This document shows positions 17,240 to 26,134 of a stretch of DNA of 38,373 nucleotides, piece after piece. The stretch's first letter is position 1. Every line of letters starts with the position of its first letter. The stretch is from positions 8,156 through 46,528 of the forward strand of contig CAYVJA010000003.1 in the NCBI GenBank assembly GCA_964451605.1, written 5' to 3'. This DNA comes from an uncultured Bacteroidales bacterium (GTDB taxonomy: Bacteria; Bacteroidota; Bacteroidia; Bacteroidales; UBA4181). Made by a program: the position numbers and the translations under genes. Under the pieces are notes generated by a model. The model searched no databases and was not told the DNA's origin. It saw only the letters and a list, made by a program, of their open reading frames with translations.

Positions 17240-19654
17240 TTTCGGTTTTGCGTATCGTCGCCTCCGTACAGAAGTAATCCATATCCCCGAAACGGCCAAC
17301 AGGAGCAGGGGAGCGGCCAGATGAAACGCTCTCCAGAAACCGCGCTCTTTCTCCATTCTCAGCGGATTTACCGGGTAACTGGCAAAGTTTCTGTTTCGCA
17401 GGCGGGCCAGTTCCGGCTCATCGGCCAGGTAATAGACATATCGGGTAATCAACTCCCGGTTTCCAAACCACTGCCGTGTTGCCTCATCGTAACCCAGAGG
17501 GGCAACCATCGGGCCTGAAGCTCCCGGTTTTACCTCATTCCGGATGATATCGGCATCGGAAATCACTATCATCCGTGTGGGTTTACTTTTGGTTATCGGT
17601 TTTCCTCCGTCAATATGGGGTTGATTGTTCCGGAAAAGGGAGGGAAACTCTCCTTCCAAAAGCACTGCCACCGGATAACTATTTCCTCCTTCGCCCCGGG
17701 GCAGGATATTGTCGTCTAAAACAATCTGAGCCGGTGTTTTAAGTAACGTACCTGCCTGCGAAGAGGAGAGCAGAACATGTTTTTGCACCTCGCTGTTGCC
17801 CCCCACAGTGTCGATAGGGCTGGCATACCGTGCCAAAATCAGCCCAATGTTTCTGGCCAGGAAATGGGAGCCTCCTGTCGAAAGTAAAGGCCAGAAGGGC
17901 CAGGCAATCGGAGTCAGTTTCGATATCCCGTTGTTTCCTTTTCGGCTCACCACCATCAAACCGCACTGACGGTCGAGTATCAGCGACGGAACAATTCGTA
18001 CTCCATAGGTAAAGAGAAGATCATCGGTACTCCGGTCGGAAGCATAGGCCAGGGTTCGGCCGGTAACCAGAGAATCCGTCTCAACCGTGACACCGTCGGC
18101 CAGCCAGAGCAGGGTTCCACCCTGCATCAGATAGCCGTCTATGGCCCGTTTATGCGACTCCGGCAGAGGTTCACGAGGCCCGGCTACAATCACCACCTTA
18201 TAGGGCGACAACAAACCGGGATCTTCTCCTGCCGAACCCCTGTCGATCTGAAAGCGGCGGGAGAGTTCGCGCGAAATATCGTCAGTTTCCCAGGCATTCC
18301 ACTCGCCGTGTCCTTCCAGAAAGGCTATCTTCTCGGTCTCCTCTTGTTGCAGGGTGCGCAGTGCCGAGATAAATTCGTACTCCAGCATCTCGACGGCCGC
18401 ATGCAGCGGATCGTCCATTGAGACCCGGCTGCTTTGTTGCAACAGGTTCACAGCTATTGCTCCCCGCTTTCCTTCAAGATAAAGGCCGGCAAAGATGGAG
18501 ACCCTCTTAACGCTTCCCTGACGGGACTGCTCCTCCACGTCGAAAGGGATAAACCCCTTCTCCATCCAGTATTGGCTCTTCTCTTCCCGCTCCTTCACCG
18601 ACATCGATGCCCAATCAATCCGGTTTACTACCCATTTTCGGGCTGAATAGTGGTTGCACTCCCAAAGAAACTCTTCCGTCTCGCGCTGTAATCGCGAAAA
18701 TTCTGCAGGCAACTCACCATTCAGGAGCAGGGTTACCCTGAGGGGCTCGTCGACATCCGACAGCACCCTTTGTGAATATTCGGAGAGCGAAAATCGCTGT
18801 CCCGAGGTAAGATCTATCCTCACATAATAATAGCGAGATCCGATTATCAGCAGAATGAGCAGACTAGCCTGTAACAAGAGCCGATAATTGGCCCTTCTTT
18901 GTGCGCTTCCCGATAAGGCATCGCCTCCGTGGCGAAGAAAAAGTATCCGGTGGCCCAGTACCAGAAAGAGCCCGGCCACTCCCAAACAATAGAGCAAATC
19001 GCGGCTGTCGAACACACCCCTCCGGATGGAGTGATAGTGTGCCTGGATACCCAGCTCTTGCCAGAAGAGGGGTGCGTTGGCAAAAGAGGTGGCCATGGCA
19101 ATCCATTCGAACCCCTGATACAGAAAGAGCGAGAGGAGAAGCGCCGTTAAAAAGGCCACTATCTGATTGTCGGTGAGGGTCGACGAAAATATGGCAATGG
19201 CTGTGTAGAGCGTGCCGAGCATCAGCAGACCTGCAACTCCACCCCAAACAGCTCCCCAGTCGAGATGCCCGGGCACAGAAGAGAGGTGGGCCAGGGTGAA
19301 AATATAAAGGGGAACCACCAACAGAGAGAGGGCCAACAGGGAGAGTACCCCGAAAAACTTGCCCAGAATCAGTTGGAAGTCAGACAGGGGTTGGGCGTAG
19401 AGGATGGCCAGGGTTCCGCTCCGCTTCTCCTCCGAAAAACTGCGCATAGCAATGGCCGGTACCAGAAAAAGGAAGAGCCAGGGGGCCATCAGAAAGAGCG
19501 GGTCGGGCGTTGCATACCGCTGTTCTGCCATATTGAGCGGGCCCGGAAGAATCCAAAGAAAAAGCGCCGTAGCAAGCGCGAAGATGGCAAGTACCAGATA
19601 ACCTGCAAGAGACGAAAAAAACGATCGGATCTCCTTACTACACAAAAACCACAT
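17231..19654 (-). CDS. Fused GldF (ABC-2 permease) and GldG (ABC auxiliary periplasmic component)
   Basis: N-terminal ~240 aa are GldF-like (KEIRSFFSS, FLVPAIAMRSFSEEKRSGT, LTDNQIVAF, RGVFDSRD). The rest is GldG-like (RIDLTSGQRFSLS, LEYE, IAFLEGHGE, YLMQGG, LLEGEFPSLF, MIVISDADI, C-terminal TM). One uninterrupted 807-aa ORF. Confidence 0.85.
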   Translation of the reverse strand: MWFLCSKEIRSFFSSLAGYLVLAIFALATALFLWILPGPLNMAEQRYATPDPLFLMAPWLFLFLVPAIAMRSFSEEKRSGTLAILYAQPLSDFQLILGKFFGVLSLLALSLLVVPLYIFTLAHLSSVPGHLDWGAVWGGVAGLLMLGTLYTAIAIFSSTLTDNQIVAFLTALLLSLFLYQGFEWIAMATSFANAPLFWQELGIQAHYHSIRRGVFDSRDLLYCLGVAGLFLVLGHRILFLRHGGDALSGSAQRRANYRLLLQASLLILLIIGSRYYYVRIDLTSGQRFSLSEYSQRVLSDVDEPLRVTLLLNGELPAEFSRLQRETEEFLWECNHYSARKWVVNRIDWASMSVKEREEKSQYWMEKGFIPFDVEEQSRQGSVKRVSIFAGLYLEGKRGAIAVNLLQQSSRVSMDDPLHAAVEMLEYEFISALRTLQQEETEKIAFLEGHGEWNAWETDDISRELSRRFQIDRGSAGEDPGLLSPYKVVIVAGPREPLPESHKRAIDGYLMQGGTLLWLADGVTVETDSLVTGRTLAYASDRSTDDLLFTYGVRIVPSLILDRQCGLMVVSRKGNNGISKLTPIAWPFWPLLSTGGSHFLARNIGLILARYASPIDTVGGNSEVQKHVLLSSSQAGTLLKTPAQIVLDDNILPRGEGGNSYPVAVLLEGEFPSLFRNNQPHIDGGKPITKSKPTRMIVISDADIIRNEVKPGASGPMVAPLGYDEATRQWFGNRELITRYVYYLADEPELARLRNRNFASYPVNPLRMEKERGFWRAFHLAAPLLLLAVSGIWITSVRRRRYAKPKLP

Positions 19655-19746
19655 AGGGTGCTTATCTTATAGGGCAATGTTACGCATTTTACCGCGGAAA
19701 TGAAAAAAAGATGGCATCTTTGCCGATGTACAACCCTTGTTGCCTC

Positions 19747-20976
19747 ATGTCCACGTTGCCTTACAAACCTAAAATTGTGAACGATCCGGTGCACGGCTTC
19801 ATGCGCATCCCTACAGCGCTCTGCCTCAGCCTGATTGAACACCCCTGGTTCCAGCGTCTTCGTTGGATCAGGCAACTCGGACTGGCCCATTTTGTCTATC
19901 CGGGTGCACAGCACACCCGCTTCCAGCATGCCATTGGTGCCATGCACCTGATGGATCAGGTAATCGACGTACTGCGCAGTAAAGGGTGTGATATCAACGA
20001 CGCTGAGGCCGAAGCGGTAATGGTGGCCATTCTGCTGCACGACATTGGTCACGGGCCCTTCTCGCATGCACTCGAAACCTCGATTGTTACCGGATACAGC
20101 CACGAATCCCTTTCGCTGCTCTTTATGGAGGCGCTCAACGAAGAGACCGGAGGCCGCCTCTCCCTCGCTATAGATATTTTCACCAACCGGTATCCTAAGC
20201 GATTTTTGCACCAGCTGGTTTCGGGTCAGTTAGATATGGACCGTCTCGACTACCTGAAACGCGACAGCTTTTTTACCGGTGTGGTGGAGGGGGTAGTCAG
20301 TTCGGACCGCATCCTGAAGATGCTCACGGTCTGCTACGACGAACTGGCCGTCGAAGCCAAAGGGATCTACTCTATCGAGAAATTTCTGATTGCCCGTCGG
20401 TTGATGTACTGGCAGGTCTACTATCACAAAACGGCCGTATCGGCCGAGATGTTACTCATCCGGATTCTCGAGCGGGCCCGCCTGCTGGCAGGAGAGGGAG
20501 AGAAACTCTTTGCCACACCGGCGCTCAGTTTCTTTCTGAACGGTCCTGAGGAGGGTTCGGCGGCTCAACCGCTGCGCCTCTACGCTGCCCTTTCGGACGA
20601 CGATATCCTGGTTTCGGTTAAAGCATGGGTTCAGCACCCCGACAAGGTGCTTTCGCTGCTATGCTCGGCTTTTATGTCGAGAAAGCTCTTCCGGACCGAA
20701 ATCCAGACCAACCCCTTCGATGAGGAAATCCTGGCCAGGCGGAGGAAAACCATTTCAGCAGCCTATGCAATCCCTCTCAAAGAGGCAGAGTACTTTGTTT
20801 TTCAGGGTCGGATCGAAAACCATGCCTACGATCCCGACTCTGCGCAAATTCTGATTCAGATGAAAGATGGCTCCCTTGCCGACATCTATGAGGTGTCCGA
20901 CATGGAAAACCTTGCCGGATTGGCGAAAATGGTAGAGAAGCATTACCTGTGCTACCCCAAAGAGGGAAATTTCTAA
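19747..20976 (+). CDS. HD-domain phosphohydrolase (dNTP triphosphohydrolase/SAMHD1-like)
   Basis: NDPVHG, FQRLRWIRQLG, HTRFQH, LLHDIGHGPFSH, LDMDRLDYL.RD and MYWQVYYHK. Confidence 0.9.
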   Translation: MSTLPYKPKIVNDPVHGFMRIPTALCLSLIEHPWFQRLRWIRQLGLAHFVYPGAQHTRFQHAIGAMHLMDQVIDVLRSKGCDINDAEAEAVMVAILLHDIGHGPFSHALETSIVTGYSHESLSLLFMEALNEETGGRLSLAIDIFTNRYPKRFLHQLVSGQLDMDRLDYLKRDSFFTGVVEGVVSSDRILKMLTVCYDELAVEAKGIYSIEKFLIARRLMYWQVYYHKTAVSAEMLLIRILERARLLAGEGEKLFATPALSFFLNGPEEGSAAQPLRLYAALSDDDILVSVKAWVQHPDKVLSLLCSAFMSRKLFRTEIQTNPFDEEILARRRKTISAAYAIPLKEAEYFVFQGRIENHAYDPDSAQILIQMKDGSLADIYEVSDMENLAGLAKMVEKHYLCYPKEGNF

Positions 20977-20988
20977 GAAATAAATTTT

Positions 20989-20996
20989 TACCTTTG
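20989..20996 (+). promoter_or_regulatory. -7 promoter element (TACCTTTG) for the lpxD operon
   Basis: Exact TAnnTTTG in the AT-rich gap, 19 nt upstream of the lpxD ATG. Confidence 0.6.
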
Positions 20997-21015
20997 CCCA
21001 AATTTGTTTTTTTCA

Positions 21016-22041
21016 ATGGAATTCACTGCCAAAATGATTGCCGATGTGCTGCAGGGCCAGGTCGAGGGCAACCCTCAGACAACCGTTAGCGGCATATCAA
21101 AAATTGAGGAGGGAAAGCCCGGCACGCTCTGTTTTCTGTCGAACCCCAAATACGAAAAATACCTCTATACTACCGGGGCTTCTATCGTGCTGGTATCTAA
21201 GAGTCTTGTGCTGTCCGAACCTGTTTCTGCAACCCTTGTCCGGGTAGAGGATCCCTACCAGTCGCTGGCAGTATTGCTCGAGTTGTATGAATCGACAAGG
21301 CCCCGCGAAACCGGTATCGATCCACAGGTAAGCATTGCCGAATCGGCTAAGATTGGCGAGAATCCCTATATCGGCGCTTTTGCCTGCATAGGCAAAAACG
21401 TGCAGATTGGTGACAGGGTCAGAATTTTTCCCCAGGTAGTCCTGGGCGATGGGGTGGTTATAGGTAATGACACCACCCTCTATGCAGGAGTGAAAGTCTA
21501 TGCCGGATGCCGTATTGGTAACCAGTGTATTATACACGCCGGGGCAGTAATCGGCGCCGACGGCTTTGGTTTTGCCCCGCACGATGGCGTCTATAAGAAG
21601 ATTCCCCAGATCGGGAATGTGGTAATTGAAGATCAGGTCGAGATAGGCGCCAATACCTGTATTGATTGCGCCACAATGGGTTCCACCCGTATCCGGAAAG
21701 GCACCAAACTTGATAATCTGATTCAGATAGCTCACAACGTCGAGGTGGGCGAACACACCGTCATCGCGTCGCAAACCGGTATTTCCGGATCTACCCGTGT
21801 TGGAAGCCACTGTATGTTTGGTGGCCAGGTGGGCGTTGCAGGCCATGCCGTTGTAGGCGATAACGTGAATGTCGGAGCCCAGTCGGGCATTATGGGCAAT
21901 GTAGAGTCGGGCCAGAATGTTATGGGTTCGCCGGCCTTTTCCCTGCGCGACTATCTCCGTTCAGCCGCAATCTTCCGTCGTTTGCCGGACTTCCGTACCC
22001 GCCTGGATGACCTCGAAAAACAGATCAAAAAACTTTTGTAA
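21016..22041 (+). CDS. lpxD: UDP-3-O-acylglucosamine N-acyltransferase
   Basis: FLSNPKY, hexapeptide repeats, [16 protein letters not shown] and [12 protein letters not shown]. Confidence 0.97.
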   Translation: MEFTAKMIADVLQGQVEGNPQTTVSGISKIEEGKPGTLCFLSNPKYEKYLYTTGASIVLVSKSLVLSEPVSATLVRVEDPYQSLAVLLELYESTRPRETGIDPQVSIAESAKIGENPYIGAFACIGKNVQIGDRVRIFPQVVLGDGVVIGNDTTLYAGVKVYAGCRIGNQCIIHAGAVIGADGFGFAPHDGVYKKIPQIGNVVIEDQVEIGANTCIDCATMGSTRIRKGTKLDNLIQIAHNVEVGEHTVIASQTGISGSTRVGSHCMFGGQVGVAGHAVVGDNVNVGAQSGIMGNVESGQNVMGSPAFSLRDYLRSAAIFRRLPDFRTRLDDLEKQIKKLL

Positions 22042-22056
22042 CCTTACCCAGATTCA

Positions 22057-23457
22057 ATGATAGCAAGACAACAACAAACCATTGGAAAACCTGTCTCAGT
22101 AACCGGAAAGGGGCTGCATACCGGTTTGCCTGTTACCCTCACGTTTCATCCGGCTCCGGTTAACCACGGATTTGTTTTTCGCAGAACCGATCTCGAATCG
22201 CAACCGCTCATCCATGCGTTGGCCGAAAATGTTACCGACACCTCCAGGGGAACCACACTGGTTGAAAACGGAGCCAAAGTCAGTACCATCGAGCATGTTC
22301 TGGCAGCCCTTTCTGGTTTGTCGGTCGACAATGTACTGATGGAGATCGACGGGTCTGAAGCGCCCATTATGGATGGCAGCTCTTCTTTACTTGTTAAAGC
22401 TCTTCTCGAGGCAGGCGTTGTTGAACAGGATGCACCCTGCGAATATTATGTAGTAAAGGAGCCTATCGAGTATCTCGAACCCGAAAGGGGCGTCAGCATC
22501 AGTATCTATCCGGCCAATCAGCTTAGCATTGATGTCATGATAGATTATAACTCGAAGGTGCTGGGCTGTCAATATGCTTCTCTTCCCTCAATCGACAAAT
22601 TCGCCTCCGAAATTTCCATGTGCCGCACTTTTGTCTTCCTGCACGAGGTGGAGGCACTCTTTAAACACAATCTGATAAAGGGTGGCGATTTGCAGAATGC
22701 CATAGTGATTGCCGAAAAGCCCATGGAGCCTTCCGAACTGACTCACCTGGCCGAACTATTTAATATGACCAATCTTCGGGTGAAGCCCGAAGGGGTGCTT
22801 AACAATCTGGAGCTTCATCACAACAACGAACCTGCCCGTCATAAACTGCTCGACATGGTAGGCGATCTCTCTTTGATCGGGATGCCCATTGTGGGTCGTG
22901 TTGTGGCAAAACGTCCGGGCCATCTGGCCAATACCGAGCTGGCCAAAATGGTGCGCCAGATCATCCGTAAAGAGGCTGCCAAGGCGCGGATTCCTGTGTA
23001 CGATCCGATGAAGCCCCCTGTCTACGACATCAATGCAATCAAGGCCATTTTGCCGCATCGTATTCCTATGCTCCTGGTCGACAAAATTATTCATCTCGAT
23101 GAAAGATCAGTGATTGGGGTGAAGAATGTAACCATGAACGAACCCTTCTTCTCGGGCCATTTCCCCGACGAACCGGTGATGCCCGGGGTACTTCAGATTG
23201 AGGCTATGGCCCAGGTGGGTGGAATCCTTGCTCTGAGCACCGTTCCCGATCCTGAAAATTACTCCACCTACTTCCTGAAAATCGACAAGGTGAAGTTTAA
23301 ACGTAAAGTGGTTCCCGGCGACACATTGATTCTCAAACTGGAACTTACCGAAGATATTCGCAGAGGCATTGTGATTATGTTTGGACAGGCCTATGTGGGT
23401 GAGACCCTGGTCTCGGAGGGAGAACTGATGGCACAAATTGCACGAAACAGAGTATAA
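22057..23457 (+). CDS. lpxC/fabZ: Bifunctional LpxC deacetylase / FabZ 3-hydroxyacyl-ACP dehydratase
   Basis: GKGLHTG, TIEH, PIMDGS and HKLLD (LpxC); LPHR and GHFPDEPVMPGVLQIEAMAQ (FabZ). Confidence 0.97.
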   Translation: MIARQQQTIGKPVSVTGKGLHTGLPVTLTFHPAPVNHGFVFRRTDLESQPLIHALAENVTDTSRGTTLVENGAKVSTIEHVLAALSGLSVDNVLMEIDGSEAPIMDGSSSLLVKALLEAGVVEQDAPCEYYVVKEPIEYLEPERGVSISIYPANQLSIDVMIDYNSKVLGCQYASLPSIDKFASEISMCRTFVFLHEVEALFKHNLIKGGDLQNAIVIAEKPMEPSELTHLAELFNMTNLRVKPEGVLNNLELHHNNEPARHKLLDMVGDLSLIGMPIVGRVVAKRPGHLANTELAKMVRQIIRKEAAKARIPVYDPMKPPVYDINAIKAILPHRIPMLLVDKIIHLDERSVIGVKNVTMNEPFFSGHFPDEPVMPGVLQIEAMAQVGGILALSTVPDPENYSTYFLKIDKVKFKRKVVPGDTLILKLELTEDIRRGIVIMFGQAYVGETLVSEGELMAQIARNRV

Positions 23458-23469
23458 TTAATTGATCTT

Positions 23470-24255
23470 ATGAATATACATCCCCTTTCAGTTGTCCATC
23501 CCGATGCAAAACTCGGTGAAAATGTAGTGGTTGAGCCTTTTGCTAATATCTCGGCCGATGTACAGATTGGCAACAATTGTTGGATCGGTTCAGGTGCTGT
23601 CATTATGGACGGAGCCCGCATTGGGAACGAATGCCGTATCTTTCCCGGAGCCGTAATCGCCGGCATTCCCCAGGATCTCAAATTTCAGGGAGAATACTCT
23701 CTTGCCCAGATTGGCGATCGTACTACCGTTCGCGAGAGTGCAACCGTGAATCGCGGCTCTGCCTCAAAAGGAACCACCGTTGTTGGCAGCGACTGTCTGC
23801 TTATGGCCTATACCCATGTTGCACACGACTGTGTTGTGGGCAACCATTGTATTTTGGTGAACTACTCCGCCATTGCCGGAGAGGTGAGCCTCGGCGATTG
23901 GACTATTCTCGGCGGTGGAACCATGATTCACCAATTTGTTAAAGTGGGCGAGCATGTAATGTTCCGCGGCGGATCGCTGGTGGGGAAAGATGTTCCTCCT
24001 TACATCATTGCCGGCCGCGAACCTCTGGCCTATTGCGGCCTCAATACCGTCGGACTTCGTCGGAGAGGTTTTGGTAACGACAAAATCAACGAGATTCAGG
24101 ATATCTACCGTGTCCTGTTCAACCAGGGCATGAACTATGCCGATGCAGTCCGTTTTATTGAAGACAATTTCGATGCCACCGAAGAGCGGAATGTCATCAT
24201 CGAATTTGTTCGCTCCTCAAAGCGAGGCATTTTGAAAGGATTACTCGACGACTAA
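23470..24255 (+). CDS. lpxA: Acyl-ACP--UDP-N-acetylglucosamine O-acyltransferase
   Basis: PQDLKF, HVAHDC, IHQF, KDVPPY and GLNTVGLRRRGF. Confidence 0.97.
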   Translation: MNIHPLSVVHPDAKLGENVVVEPFANISADVQIGNNCWIGSGAVIMDGARIGNECRIFPGAVIAGIPQDLKFQGEYSLAQIGDRTTVRESATVNRGSASKGTTVVGSDCLLMAYTHVAHDCVVGNHCILVNYSAIAGEVSLGDWTILGGGTMIHQFVKVGEHVMFRGGSLVGKDVPPYIIAGREPLAYCGLNTVGLRRRGFGNDKINEIQDIYRVLFNQGMNYADAVRFIEDNFDATEERNVIIEFVRSSKRGILKGLLDD

Positions 24256-24273
24256 CTTTCAAGGGGAAATTCT

Positions 24274-24825
24274 ATGATTAGCGGAGGCGAAATCTTTGTT
24301 GTATTACTGTTTGTGCTCATCCTTTTCGGGGCCGATAAAATTCCGGAACTGGCCAAGGGATTGGGGAAGGGGGTTCGTGAGTTCAAAAAGGCCTCCGAAG
24401 AGATTCAGCGCGAGATTGCTTCAACGGATGGGGGTATCCTTTCGGATGTGCGTAAAGACCTGAACGAAATACAAACCAATCTTACCCAGACCCTCGAGAG
24501 TGAGGCCGTAAATCCTGCGGCCGATCTGGCCGATGCTGTGAACGAGGCAGGTTCGGATATCCCTCAATATGAGGAGGGCACGGCTATTGCCGGGGTTAAT
24601 ACCGGGTACGATGCTCCTTTATCGCAATCGGAGCCGCCCTCTTCTCCACTGGTACCGGAAGAGACGGTTGTGCAGGATAGATCCACGGTGGCGCAGGATG
24701 AGCCGCTGATGGAAGATTTTTATTACAAACAACCCACGGTGTATAATCAACCTGCGGGATCAGTGAGTCCGGCATCCCATCAGACATCTCATCCGGAAAC
24801 CTCCGGAGAAGCTCAGGGAGCTTAA
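24274..24825 (+). CDS. tatA: Twin-arginine translocase TatA/B subunit with a long acidic tail
   Basis: [29 protein letters not shown]. Confidence 0.88.
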   Translation: MISGGEIFVVLLFVLILFGADKIPELAKGLGKGVREFKKASEEIQREIASTDGGILSDVRKDLNEIQTNLTQTLESEAVNPAADLADAVNEAGSDIPQYEEGTAIAGVNTGYDAPLSQSEPPSSPLVPEETVVQDRSTVAQDEPLMEDFYYKQPTVYNQPAGSVSPASHQTSHPETSGEAQGA

Positions 24826-24837
24826 GCGCGTCGTGCT

Positions 24838-25524
24838 ATGATCAAAGCTGTTCAGATCTGCAAATCGTTTGGCTCATTACAGGTGCTTAAGGGCATAGAT
24901 GTAGCCATTCCTTCGCATGAGGTGGTCACTATTGTAGGGGCCAGCGGAGCCGGGAAAACCACCCTGTTGCAGATTCTGGGCACACTGATGCGCCCAGATT
25001 CGGGCGAAGTTTATATCGATGGCACCAAAGTGACGGGAATGGCACAAAAGAGCCTCGACAGGCTCAGGAATCGAAAAATGGGTTTCGTATTTCAGTTTCA
25101 CAACCTTTTCCCGGAATTTACAGCGTTGGAAAACGTATGCATTCCCGCCTGGATTGCCGGAATCGCAGCCGATGAATCGCGTAAAAAGGCTGCCGAACTA
25201 CTCGACTTTATGGGCCTCACCTCCCGGTTCGACCACAAACCCGGACAACTTTCCGGCGGCGAACAGCAACGGGTGGCAGTAGCCAGAGCCCTAATCAACA
25301 ACCCGTTGGTGGTCTTTGCCGACGAACCGTCGGGCAACCTCGATCTGCACAACAAAGAGGAACTCCACAACCTCTTCTTCACCCTCTGTTCTCATTTTGG
25401 GCAAACCTTCGTGATAGTAACCCACGACGAACATCTGGCGGCAAAATCGCACCGCAAACTCACCATGCAGGACGGACAAATTCTCTCCGAAGAGCAACCA
25501 TTTGCGCGCGAAGCGCAGCACTAG
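24838..25524 (+). CDS. ABC transporter ATP-binding protein (LolD-like)
   Basis: [41 protein letters not shown] and VTHD. Confidence 0.9.
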   Translation: MIKAVQICKSFGSLQVLKGIDVAIPSHEVVTIVGASGAGKTTLLQILGTLMRPDSGEVYIDGTKVTGMAQKSLDRLRNRKMGFVFQFHNLFPEFTALENVCIPAWIAGIAADESRKKAAELLDFMGLTSRFDHKPGQLSGGEQQRVAVARALINNPLVVFADEPSGNLDLHNKEELHNLFFTLCSHFGQTFVIVTHDEHLAAKSHRKLTMQDGQILSEEQPFAREAQH

Positions 25525-25538
25525 AGCATTAGAGCATT

Positions 25539-25584
25539 AAAAAAAGGCCATCGCATGATGAATTCATCAGCGATGGCCTTTTTT
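25539..25584. terminator. Bidirectional intrinsic terminator between the lpx operon and rpmE2
   Basis: A7-GGCCATCGC-A-TGATG-AATT-CATCA-GCGATGGCC-T6: a near-perfect palindrome with a U-tract on each strand, between convergent genes. Confidence 0.9.
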
Positions 25585-25652
25585 ACATTTTCCACGGAGT
25601 CCGATGCCGGACACAAAGTCGAAACAGTAAGATGGGCTCCCGGAACGGGAAT

Positions 25653-25907
25653 CTATTTCTTATTGTAGTTCTTGTAACGGCTCATGAACTTGTCGACACG
25701 ACCGGCGGTATCTACCAGCTTCATCTTGCCGGTATAGAACGGATGCGACGTGTTGGAGATTTCAAGCTTGATCAACGGGTATTCAACTCCGTCGATATCA
25801 ATGGTTTCTCTGGATGCAGCGGTCGAGCGGGTGATGAAGGTATGGTCGTTCGACATGTCCTTGAATGCCACCAATCTGTAGTTTTTCGGATGCAGGTCCT
25901 TTTTCAT
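25653..25907 (-). CDS. rpmE2: 50S ribosomal protein L31 type B (cysteine-free)
   Basis: MKKDLHP..YRLVAFKD, EISNTSHPFYTG and DTAGRVDKF; 84 aa with no Cys. Confidence 0.97.
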   Translation of the reverse strand: MKKDLHPKNYRLVAFKDMSNDHTFITRSTAASRETIDIDGVEYPLIKLEISNTSHPFYTGKMKLVDTAGRVDKFMSRYKNYNKK

Positions 25908-25949
25908 TGCGGTTAAGCCTTAAGAGATTCTATTTTCACAAATGGTCTG

Positions 25950-25980
25950 CAAAGGTACAGTTTGTTAGGAAATAACCAAA
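25950..25980 (-). promoter_or_regulatory. Canonical -33/-7 promoter for rpmE2
   Basis: Minus-strand TTTG (25980-25977), 19-nt spacer, TACCTTTG (25957-25950). A second -7 box, TATTTTTG, lies at 26065-26058. Confidence 0.75.
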
Positions 25981-26134
25981 AGATTCTTTGCATTTTATTC
26001 GATATATACTTCTGGTCTGAGCCACTTAGTTAAGAGGCACATGCCTCCCGCTCTGTGCAAAAATAGTAAATGTTTCCCTTGGAGAGTTCATCCGAATTTT
26101 CCACCTTTAGAAAATAGTTACTAACTCGCTATTC

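Noticed and set aside
19747-20976. HD/dNTPase gene as an anti-phage system
   Set aside because: It occupies its usual housekeeping position upstream of lpxD, with no defence-island context
22057-23457. LpxC-FabZ fusion as a novelty
   Set aside because: This fusion is the usual arrangement in Bacteroidota
24838-25524. ABC ATPase as the missing GldA
   Set aside because: Its length (228 aa) and motifs ([17 protein letters not shown]) fit the LolD/MacB-type family rather than the longer GldA type
25522-25539. TAGAGCAT tandem duplication at the ABC ATPase stop, as a possible transposon footprint
   Set aside because: Two 8-nt copies with no element nearby; cannot be distinguished from slippage
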